Under the pieces are notes generated by a model, which searched no databases, was not told the origin of the DNA, and saw only the letters and a program-made list of their open reading frames with translations. Source: a virus. From it: 5,691 nt of DNA. Every line of letters begins with the position of its first letter. The stretch's first letter is position 1. Positions 1 through 5,233 of the stretch are shown one piece after another. A program made the translations under genes and the position numbers. Location of the stretch: the IMG/VR virus record IMGVR_UViG_3300034067_000085, positions 1-5,691 of that record; one strand, written 5' to 3'.

Positions 1-94
1 CCCTCGCAGCGTGCGCCCGCTCTGTGGGCATCAAGCACGCGGTGGCCCTTGAACTTGGCTATGATTGGGGCTGGGACATGGCCCATATCGAAAT
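1..94. repeat. Terminal redundancy, copy 1 (identical to 5598..5691); marks closure of a circular 5597-nt genome
   Basis: Base-by-base comparison: the 94 nt ccctcgcagcgtgcgcccgc...gcccatatcgaaat at 1-94 recur exactly at 5598-5691. The repeat is direct and lies inside one continuous reading frame, as expected for an assembly or window that overruns a circular molecule. Confidence 0.97.
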
Positions 95-272
95 CAAGGA
101 CTGGCGCACCGCTCAGAAACGGCACCTGCACCGCATGGACGTTGAAGGCGTTGAGCGCCCCTTGACCCCCCTTGAACTCTGGGAACGCTTCTGTGAAGTG
201 CTCCCCGGGCACCCCAACGTGGCCGGTGGAGCTGGTGCGCGCCGCCTAAGTGAGCTCACACCTATTCCCTGA
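1..272 (+). CDS. M15-family (LAS-type, VanY / L-Ala-D-Glu endopeptidase-like) zinc peptidoglycan peptidase, putative endolysin: 3' part of the wrap-around gene that starts at 5264
   Basis: The frame is open from nt 3 and is the same frame and sequence as 5600-5691. It encodes ...LGYDWGWDMAHIEIKDW..., with the putative third Zn-ligand His codon at 84-86, and ends at TGA 270-272. Joined product (5264..5597 + 1..272) is 606 nt, 201 aa. The track ORF 24..272 is only the internal GTG-to-stop piece of this gene. Confidence 0.85.
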   Translation, partial: LAACARSVGIKHAVALELGYDWGWDMAHIEIKDWRTAQKRHLHRMDVEGVERPLTPLELWERFCEVLPGHPNVAGGAGARRLSELTPIP

Positions 273-337
273 TCATAGAAAACTTTCCCGCCGCAACATG
301 GACGGCTCTCGGAGCGTCTGAATGATGAGGCAAGAAA

Positions 338-439
338 ATGCCAGCCGGAGGCCCCGCGAGTAAGCGGGTTTTCTTGCGATGCCGTAGGCACAAGCAACGG
401 CGATTAAAAGCGCCACGACACCCCCGAAAAGCCCTGTAA
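338..439 (+). CDS. 33-aa highly basic mini-protein, candidate DNA-binding/packaging protein analogous to phiX174 J or gokushovirus VP8
   Basis: ATG 338 is preceded by GAGG (327-330) with a 7-nt spacer; TAA at 437-439. My translation is MPAGGPASKRVFLRCRRHKQRRLKAPRHPRKAL, with 12 Lys/Arg plus 2 His in 33 residues and no acidic residue. It has the same orientation as all other genes and fills an otherwise gene-free 245-nt gap. It is too short for the supplied ORF track. Size and charge resemble microvirus J-type proteins. No similarity search was possible. Confidence 0.4.
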   Translation: MPAGGPASKRVFLRCRRHKQRRLKAPRHPRKAL

Positions 440-457
440 AGGGCGCATTCGGGGGTG
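419..457 (+). promoter_or_regulatory. Bipartite stem-loop in the rep leader (function unknown)
   Basis: CACCCCCGAA (419-428) is the exact reverse complement of TTCGGGGGTG (448-457). The inner stem is GCCCT (431-435) / AGGGC (440-444) closing a GTAA tetraloop, with a small internal loop (AA vs GCA). The structure is seen directly; its role is inferred. Confidence 0.5.
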
Positions 458-517
458 GAATTACAGACCCCTTGTTCCTGTATACAATTACTGACACCCC
501 CGCAGGAGTTACAAACC

Positions 518-1741
518 ATGTGTTCCGAACCCCTCCAGTTCCGCGGCGAGACGATAGCTTGCCGCCACTGTAACGACTGCATCACCTCCAGAAAGAACGA
601 CTGGGTGGCCCGTGCAATGGCCGAAAAGGCCACTAGCGGCGAAGCCCTTGTAATGATGCTTAGCTATCGAAACAATCCTGACGGCACCCTTCCCGACCCT
701 GCTCGGGCGTTCCACTATAAAGACGTCCAAGACTTCTTGAAGCGCATTCGCGCTTCTTATAACCGCAAGTATAAAACCCATGGTGAAGTCCGTTACATAG
801 TAGCGGGCGAAAGAGGCTCCCAAAGGGGCCGCGTCCACTGGCATATAATACTATTCTCAGACAAGTCCCTCTCAGTCCTTGGCAAATGGACTGACCTAAA
901 AAACAACAAAATCCCAGAAATGCGCACAGATGAAAATGTGCATTGGTCACTATGGCCGCACGGGTTTGTGCATCCGCAAATACCCGATCAAAAAGGCATG
1001 GCATACGTTCTAAAGTATGCCTTAAAAGACCAATTCAATTCTGTAAACTCACAAGGGACAATGAGATACACCAAAAGCGAAGACAACAGCGCGAGCATGT
1101 TTAGGATGAGCAAGGAACCGGCAATCGGTTTCCGATACTTGCAACAAAAATTAGACGATTGGGAAAGGCGCTTGATAGTTCCTATCAAGCTTCAAGTCGC
1201 TGTGCCCAACTACAGCGGCTACTGGTGGCCGAAAGCAACGCTTCGCCCCTACTTCCTCCAACGGCTACATGAAATAAACAAGAAAAGGAGAGAACTAACA
1301 GGGAAAAACTGCCCACAATGGGCAACACTCCTCGCGGGGTTGTCAGAAATAAAAAATGAAAAAGATATGGAGCATCTATACTATGGCGAAGAAAAAGAAG
1401 ACGCAGGCGTCAGCGAAGCAACCTTCGCAGCCGAGGTCGCCGCGCATCAATCCGCGGCTAACGAAGCCCGAAAGATTTCCGAAATACGATCACGGTGTGG
1501 TGGCACCCGTGTCTGTCGATCCTGTTTCGACGGAAAAACCGACGAACAGAAAGCCGAACTCGCGGCTTGGCAAAGACAAGTTAACACCGTTTACTCCGAT
1601 GATCACTCAACCGGAAACTATACCCGTGAACAGTGGTTCCGCTCGCGGGACCAAATCAACCCACATTGCACCCGCAAGCTACAATCCGACCATGGGCGCG
1701 CGTTCGGTATCGGACGCCCTGCCCGCCGACAACTCTGCTGA
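518..1741 (+). CDS. Rolling-circle replication initiation protein (HUH endonuclease; microvirus VP4 / protein A family)
   Basis: Track ORF 455..1741. I place the start at ATG 518 because AGGAG (504-508) lies 9 nt upstream. The product then begins MCSEP...ACRHCNDCITSRKNDWVAR, the Cys-rich N-terminal pattern I recall for gokushovirus-type VP4. HUH motif RVHWHIILF (His-Trp-His codons 836-844). Paired catalytic-tyrosine motif AYVLKYALK (Tyr codons 1004-1006 and 1016-1018), the same Y-x3-Y spacing as phiX174 A (YVAKY). TGA at 1739-1741; 407 aa. Confidence 0.93.
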   Translation: MCSEPLQFRGETIACRHCNDCITSRKNDWVARAMAEKATSGEALVMMLSYRNNPDGTLPDPARAFHYKDVQDFLKRIRASYNRKYKTHGEVRYIVAGERGSQRGRVHWHIILFSDKSLSVLGKWTDLKNNKIPEMRTDENVHWSLWPHGFVHPQIPDQKGMAYVLKYALKDQFNSVNSQGTMRYTKSEDNSASMFRMSKEPAIGFRYLQQKLDDWERRLIVPIKLQVAVPNYSGYWWPKATLRPYFLQRLHEINKKRRELTGKNCPQWATLLAGLSEIKNEKDMEHLYYGEEKEDAGVSEATFAAEVAAHQSAANEARKISEIRSRCGGTRVCRSCFDGKTDEQKAELAAWQRQVNTVYSDDHSTGNYTREQWFRSRDQINPHCTRKLQSDHGRAFGIGRPARRQLC

Positions 1742-1841
1742 TAAGCGTGAGTTCAAAAACTGTAAGGCAAGGCCCGATCCCCGACAGGGGGGCGGCTCAA
1801 CCCGTAAGGTTGACTTCATCCCTTGGTGTAAGAAGACTTGA
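1383..1841 (+). CDS. Hypothetical alternative-frame ORF nested in the 3' end of rep and running 100 nt past its stop; basic, Pro-rich product
   Basis: Track ORF 1356..1841. The internal ATG 1383 has GGAG (1369-1372) 10 nt upstream and gives MAKKKKTQASAKQPSQPRSPRINPRLTKPERFPK.... Nested genes are a hallmark of Microviridae (A*/B/K in A, E in D in phiX174). However, the rep frame itself shows clear C-ending codon bias here, and GC-rich DNA readily yields long open alternative frames. Confidence 0.3.
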   Translation: MAKKKKTQASAKQPSQPRSPRINPRLTKPERFPKYDHGVVAPVSVDPVSTEKPTNRKPNSRLGKDKLTPFTPMITQPETIPVNSGSARGTKSTHIAPASYNPTMGARSVSDALPADNSADKREFKNCKARPDPRQGGGSTRKVDFIPWCKKT

Positions 1842-1861
1842 CTTAGCGCAAAATTGCGCGC
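1810..1861 (+). promoter_or_regulatory. Candidate promoter/operator region ahead of the structural gene block
   Basis: Two TTGACT(T) -35-like hexamers 28 nt apart (1810-1815, 1838-1843). An inverted repeat GCGCAA/TTGCGC lies within 1846-1859, in GCGCAAAATTGCGCGC. I could not find a convincing -10 hexamer at 16-18 nt, so this call is weak. Confidence 0.2.
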
Positions 1862-1879
1862 ACAAAAAACAACGGCCTT

Positions 1880-2083
1880 ATGAAAGGATACAACGTGGCC
1901 CAAGCCTCCAATATCTTATGCGATCTAGGCCGCCCGCTTCTGCGGCGGGCTGGCACCTTCTCCGCAGGTGCTTTGATCGCCTTTGGCTTCCCTGCTGATC
2001 TGGCGCACAGCGCCGTGTCAGCCGGGACCGCTTTCCTCCTCATCTGTGTTGATCTCGCACTTTCTAAAAAGGCGCGCAACTAA
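1880..2083 (+). CDS. Small (67 aa) putative membrane protein with two hydrophobic segments; candidate holin / lysis accessory protein
   Basis: ATG 1880, with an alternative in-frame GTG 1895 preceded by AAGGA at 1884-1888. G/C-ending codon bias resembles the confirmed genes. Product is MKGYNVAQASNILCDLGRPLLRRAGTFSAGALIAFGFPADLAHSAVSAGTAFLLICVDLALSKKARN: a charged N-terminal patch, two hydrophobic stretches (GTFSAGALIAFGF and AVSAGTAFLLICVDLAL), and a basic C-terminus SKKARN. The stop TAA (2081-2083) overlaps the next gene's ATG (TAATG). Confidence 0.55.
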   Translation: MKGYNVAQASNILCDLGRPLLRRAGTFSAGALIAFGFPADLAHSAVSAGTAFLLICVDLALSKKARN

Positions 2084-2982
2084 TGGGGTGGTTTATGCTT
2101 GCCGGTGCCGCCCTTGGGGCGGCGACTACTCTGCTCGGCCAGAATAAAGAAGCGCAAGCCCGAAAGGATGCCAACTATAACAACAGCCCTCAAGGGATCA
2201 GGGACCGCGCGGAAGCTGCGGGCTTCAACCCTTTGGCTTTCGTCGGCCCCGGCACCGGGACCGGCGCACAGTATGCCCCCACGATGGGGGCATCCATGGC
2301 CAATCTTGGCGCATTGTTCGCGAACGCAGGTTCGCAACTTGAAGATATCAAGTTCCGCGAAGCGCAACTTGAAACTGAAAACAAAAAACTGGAACAGTTG
2401 GCGATTGATCGCCAATTGAAAGCAAATGTTCCGGGCATCTATGGCCCGGCACAGTCGCCCGCCCCGGTTCCTCGGGGCGCTTCCTCTGCACCAGCGATGC
2501 AAGGACCGAACGTCTATGATCGACCTTCTTCTATGCTGGCTGTTCCTCGTGTCGCTAAGCGTCCTCCTGCTGAGCCTGTTCAGCCTGTGATGCCCAAATC
2601 AAGCATCGGTTCCGAGGGTCTTACCCTCGCGCCGGGGCGTGTAATCAAAGCGACCGAATACGAAAACGGACCCGGCCTCATGGGCGTTGAAAACGTCATG
2701 ACGGGCGGTCATGTTGTGATCCCCGGCTTCGACGGGGAACCCATGGACGTAATGCAAGCGGTTACCGTCGCCCCCTTCATGGCTCCTCAAGTAACGGCCA
2801 ATTGGATCGTTCGGGGCCTCAAGGGAATGCAACGCCGCTCCAAAGATCGTGCATGGGACGAATGGGTCGCTCGCTCCAAAGCGAAAGACCCTATCAAGGC
2901 GTTTGATCCGACCCCGCCGAAGCGCGGGTCTTGGATGATCCCCCGTCAACTTCCTTACGAATACAAGGGCAAAACCCAATGA
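2083..2982 (+). CDS. DNA pilot / minor capsid protein (VP2-like, functional analogue of phiX174 H)
   Basis: 299-aa ORF directly upstream of, and overlapping, the capsid gene. It has a hydrophobic Gly/Ala-rich N-terminus (MGWFMLAGAALGAATTLLG). RDRAEAAGFNPLAF resembles the AG-L-N-P-x-L segment I recall in gokushovirus VP2 proteins. There is a coiled-coil-like stretch (LEDIKFREAQLETENKKLEQLAIDRQLKA) followed by a Pro-rich linker. ATG 2095 is an alternative start. The function is assigned by motif memory and synteny only. Confidence 0.72.
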   Translation: MGWFMLAGAALGAATTLLGQNKEAQARKDANYNNSPQGIRDRAEAAGFNPLAFVGPGTGTGAQYAPTMGASMANLGALFANAGSQLEDIKFREAQLETENKKLEQLAIDRQLKANVPGIYGPAQSPAPVPRGASSAPAMQGPNVYDRPSSMLAVPRVAKRPPAEPVQPVMPKSSIGSEGLTLAPGRVIKATEYENGPGLMGVENVMTGGHVVIPGFDGEPMDVMQAVTVAPFMAPQVTANWIVRGLKGMQRRSKDRAWDEWVARSKAKDPIKAFDPTPPKRGSWMIPRQLPYEYKGKTQ

Positions 2983-4541
2983 TGAACAAATACATGAAAC
3001 CCCGCGGGCTGCGCCGTGAAGGCCAGACCCTCGGCGGACGTTTCCGCGGCGGCGTCCTTGCGCCGGTCCTGATCACGCCCTTGCGCGGATCGGAAAGCGG
3101 ATCTCTCACACAGTCGATCACCTTCGAACTCGATCCTGTCGCCGGTCGCATGATCACCGAAGTCACCGCCGAGGTTATCAGCGTCTATGTGCCTGTTCAG
3201 GCCATGGACGCGCTTGCCAACCCGGAGGAAGCCTATCCCGGCAACTCCGAGGTGATCCGGGCCAAGCTGCTCTCCGGCGCTCCCCTGTTCGGTGTCGAAC
3301 CCGAACATGAAATCTCCAAGCGTCTGGGCGTTGAGCCTCGCTCGGTCTCCGGCTCCAAGGTCGTCTCGACCACGGTGCGTCTTGCGCACAATGCCGCGAT
3401 CAACCATTTGCGCCAGCGCAAATACGTCCACGCTGTGCAGGTGCTGGCGTCGTCCACGGCGATCACTCCTGCGCTCATCTCTCAGACGGTCCTTGACCGG
3501 CTGAACGCGGTTCTCGATCCCGAAGACCGCGTTAACGGCAAAGTGTCCCTGACCGGCAAAATCTCCGTCAAGGGCATCGGCGTCTTCGGCGCTCCTGTCG
3601 GCAACTCTGGCGCCGTCAAAGAAAGCAATGTCGGCACCGCCACGCGCAACTACGCGGACTACTTCACCGAAGATCAGGCCGGGCACAAAATCGCGATCGA
3701 AGAAAATCCTGATCGCGCCGGGTTCCCGAACATCTTCGCGGACCTTGCCGACGCCGCCGACGTCTCCCTGTCGGACTTCTACACGGCTCAACGCATGGAT
3801 GCGCTCACTCGCGAAATGCGCAAGATTGTCGATGACAATCCCGAATTCGGCGAAGAACTCGTGGCCCGCTGGGCGCACGGTCTCAACGTCGATACGGGCA
3901 AACAGCCCTTCGTCGTCTACGAGAACCGCAACGTGATCGGCTCGGTTCAGGACCGCGCCAGCGATGGCGCGAACCTCGGCAAGGTCCAGACCAATCTGGC
4001 CGGTGCCGTCACCTTCTCCGTGCCGCTGCCGCCGACTGAGTTCGGCGGCATCGTCATCACCTTCGCGGCGATCAAGCCTGACGAAGCCTTGGCTTCGCAG
4101 CCGCACCCGGTCCTGTCTCAGGAGTGGGGCGCGATCAACTTCGTCGCCGATGAAATGGCGATTGATCCTGTCCCGGTGACTATCCGCGATCTTTATGCGG
4201 ACTGCGAAGTCGAAGACGAAGCGACGGTGGTCTGCTACATCGGCAACAACCACTTGCTGAAAACGTATCTTCACTATGGCTTTAACCGCCATATCGACCC
4301 GACCACGGTCGAAAGCAAGTCTGCGATGTGGCAGCTTGAAATCCCCATGTCGGTCACGCCTGAAAGCGTGCTCTACCCGGCGACGCTCGACCACTATCCC
4401 TTCGTCGACAACCTCGCCGAAGTCTGCACCTACACCGCGTCGGCGATGGCTACCATCTCGACGCCCTACATCTTCGGGCCGAACCCGGTCGAAGAACTTG
4501 CCGCAATCGAAGATGCTGACATCTTCGAAGATGGGGAATGA
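2979..4541 (+). CDS. Major capsid protein (microvirus VP1 / F family)
   Basis: Track ORF 2931..4541. I place the start at ATG 2979 because AAGGG (2965-2969) lies 9 nt upstream and the ATG overlaps the pilot gene stop as ATGA. At 520 aa it is the largest protein of a 5.6-kb genome that also carries a microvirus Rep. It shows strong G/C third-position bias throughout. The N-terminal region (GGVLAPV...ISVYVPVQAMD) resembles conserved N-terminal segments of F/VP1 proteins as I recall them. TGA at 4539-4541. Confidence 0.9.
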   Translation: MMNKYMKPRGLRREGQTLGGRFRGGVLAPVLITPLRGSESGSLTQSITFELDPVAGRMITEVTAEVISVYVPVQAMDALANPEEAYPGNSEVIRAKLLSGAPLFGVEPEHEISKRLGVEPRSVSGSKVVSTTVRLAHNAAINHLRQRKYVHAVQVLASSTAITPALISQTVLDRLNAVLDPEDRVNGKVSLTGKISVKGIGVFGAPVGNSGAVKESNVGTATRNYADYFTEDQAGHKIAIEENPDRAGFPNIFADLADAADVSLSDFYTAQRMDALTREMRKIVDDNPEFGEELVARWAHGLNVDTGKQPFVVYENRNVIGSVQDRASDGANLGKVQTNLAGAVTFSVPLPPTEFGGIVITFAAIKPDEALASQPHPVLSQEWGAINFVADEMAIDPVPVTIRDLYADCEVEDEATVVCYIGNNHLLKTYLHYGFNRHIDPTTVESKSAMWQLEIPMSVTPESVLYPATLDHYPFVDNLAEVCTYTASAMATISTPYIFGPNPVEELAAIEDADIFEDGE

Positions 4542-5050
4542 ACATGAGCCTCTCGAAACAGCAGCTCCGAACCTCCGGTCTCTACGTCGCCAGTGGCGGC
4601 GGTGACGTCTCGGTCTCTGACGAAGACGGCGTGGTCCGTTGGACCATGGGCCTTGCGGCTGGCTATCACACCGGCACCAGCCTTCTGGCGCATGTGCAGG
4701 ATGGTGAAAGTCTCTCTTGGGACTCTGCGATCACCGCCGTTGACAATGGCAACGGTCGTGTGCGCCGTGTCCCCTATGGCCCCGCTTCACTCGACAGCGG
4801 TGCCAATCCTGACTTCCGGCCCTCGCGCCTGACCGACGCAGAACTTCACATGCGGCGTCTGCTCGACCGGGTGAACAAGAAGTCAAAAGCCCTCGACGCC
4901 CAAATGGCTGCGGCTGATGGGCTGATGAAACGCAGTGCGGCGCTTGTCGCCGCGCCTGCTCTGAAAAAGGCGGCGAAGCCCGCCGATCCCGATCCGCTCG
5001 GCGACGTCGTTGACGACGACGGTCCCGACCCGGACGCCCCCGCAGAATGA
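4538..5050 (+). CDS. Hypothetical protein, candidate internal scaffolding protein (VP3-like) with a strongly acidic C-terminal tail
   Basis: 170-aa ORF whose ATG 4538 overlaps the capsid stop (ATGA). The in-frame ATG 4544 is better placed relative to GGGGA (4533-4537, 6-nt spacer) and may be the real start. Codon bias matches the neighbouring genes. A predicted helical basic segment (RRLLDRVNKKSKALDAQMAAADGLMKR) is followed by DPDPLGDVVDDDGPDPDAPAE. The size and position next to the capsid gene fit a scaffold, but I recognise no diagnostic motif. Confidence 0.6.
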   Translation: MNMSLSKQQLRTSGLYVASGGGDVSVSDEDGVVRWTMGLAAGYHTGTSLLAHVQDGESLSWDSAITAVDNGNGRVRRVPYGPASLDSGANPDFRPSRLTDAELHMRRLLDRVNKKSKALDAQMAAADGLMKRSAALVAAPALKKAAKPADPDPLGDVVDDDGPDPDAPAE

Positions 5051-5058
5051 TGTGGGCG

Positions 5059-5076
5059 GTGTTTCACGTGAAACAC
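5059..5076. repeat. Perfect 18-bp palindrome GTGTTTCACGTGAAACAC
   Basis: The sequence equals its own reverse complement. It starts 9 nt after the stop of the 4538..5050 ORF. It can form a 7-bp stem with an ACGT loop in ssDNA or RNA, or serve as a dimeric-protein operator in dsDNA. No T-run follows, so it is not a canonical intrinsic terminator. Confidence 0.9.
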
Positions 5077-5081
5077 TCAAC

Positions 5082-5233
5082 AGGACAGTGAAGCTGTCCT
5101 AAAACACTCGTCCAGGCGCGCAAAAAAGCTCAGCTCGCGCGCCTGGGCGAACAAACAAGGACAGTGTAGCTGTCCTAGAATGCTGTCCCAGGCGCGCAAA
5201 AAAGCTCAGCTCGCGCGCCTGGGCGAGCAAAGA
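5082..5233. repeat. Tandem direct duplication, 2 x 76 nt, each copy carrying two hairpins
   Basis: Copy 1 is 5082-5157 and copy 2 is 5158-5233. By hand alignment 67 of 76 positions are identical, including a 39-nt identical core (5112-5150 = 5188-5226). Hairpin A: AGGACAG / CTGTCCT with a 5-nt loop (5082-5100 and 5158-5176). Hairpin B: CCAGGCGCGC / GCGCGCCTGG, a 10-bp stem with the 15-nt loop AAAAAAGCTCAGCTC (5112-5146 and 5188-5222). Confidence 0.92.

Noticed and set aside
1-94. Terminal repeats as LTR/DTR of a mobile element or a linear phage
   Set aside because: The repeat is direct, exact and internal to a single ORF. The genome size and gene set are those of a circular microvirus, so this is a circular-closure artefact.
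353-375. Possible intrinsic terminator CCCGC-GAGTAA-GCGGG followed by TTTTCTT after the peptidase gene
   Set aside because: The stem is only 5 bp, and it lies inside the candidate 338..439 mini-ORF. It may act as a leaky terminator as in phiX174, but it is too weak to call as a feature.
472-495. dif/XerCD-like recombination site suggested by the TGTATA core
   Set aside because: The flanking arms do not resemble the XerC/XerD binding arms of the dif consensus as I remember it. The genome is present as a closed circle with no host flanks, so there is no evidence of integration.
273-497. 74-aa minus-strand ORF filling the peptidase-rep gap, with a transmembrane-looking segment (GLFGGVVALLIAVACAYGIA)
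   Set aside because: It has only a GTG start with no properly spaced SD. It runs opposite to every other gene. Part of its sequence is dictated by the 419-457 hairpin, and the same interval holds a + strand mini-ORF with a good SD. It remains a remote alternative membrane-protein candidate that topology prediction and comparative genomics could revisit.
455-517. GTG 455 as the rep start (track coordinates)
   Set aside because: No SD precedes it, and it lies inside the leader hairpin's 3' arm. ATG 518 has AGGAG at the proper distance and yields the MC..P N-terminus typical of this Rep family.
262-633. 123-aa minus-strand ORF overlapping the rep start
   Set aside because: It is antisense to the rep N-terminus and leader, shows no recognisable features, and has the same shadow-ORF character.
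1633-1998. 121-aa + strand ORF bridging the rep end and the small membrane ORF
   Set aside because: It has a non-ATG start and an Arg/Pro-rich off-frame composition. It conflicts with the better-supported 1880..2083 frame.
2931-2978. ATG 2931 as the capsid start (track coordinates)
   Set aside because: It would overlap the pilot gene by 52 nt with no SD. ATG 2979 has AAGGG 9 nt upstream and forms an ATGA stop/start overlap.
2955-4394. 479-aa ORF on the minus strand, the second-longest ORF in the window
   Set aside because: It lies entirely antisense to the capsid gene. Its product is dominated by Arg/Asp/Gly/Ala/Val runs typical of the reverse frame of GC3-rich coding DNA. It has no motif I recognise, and all microvirus genes are co-directional. 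I treat it as a shadow ORF.
3292-4605. Several + strand alternative-frame ORFs inside the capsid gene (3292..3504, 3628..3936, 3964..4179, 4276..4605), considered as phiX174 E-like embedded lysis genes
   Set aside because: Their products are Ser/Thr/Arg/Pro-rich low-complexity strings with no hydrophobic helix. They have no SD-like sequences at the starts I checked. This composition is what off-frame translation of GC-rich coding DNA gives.
4593-4832. 79-aa + strand alternative-frame ORF inside the scaffold-like gene
   Set aside because: It has no convincing transmembrane segment or RBS and is probably a chance open frame.
5082-5233. CRISPR array or transposon inverted-repeat interpretation of the repeated hairpins
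   Set aside because: There are only two directly abutting copies with no unique spacers, no cas or transposase genes, and no flanking target duplications. It is a tandem duplication of a structured module.
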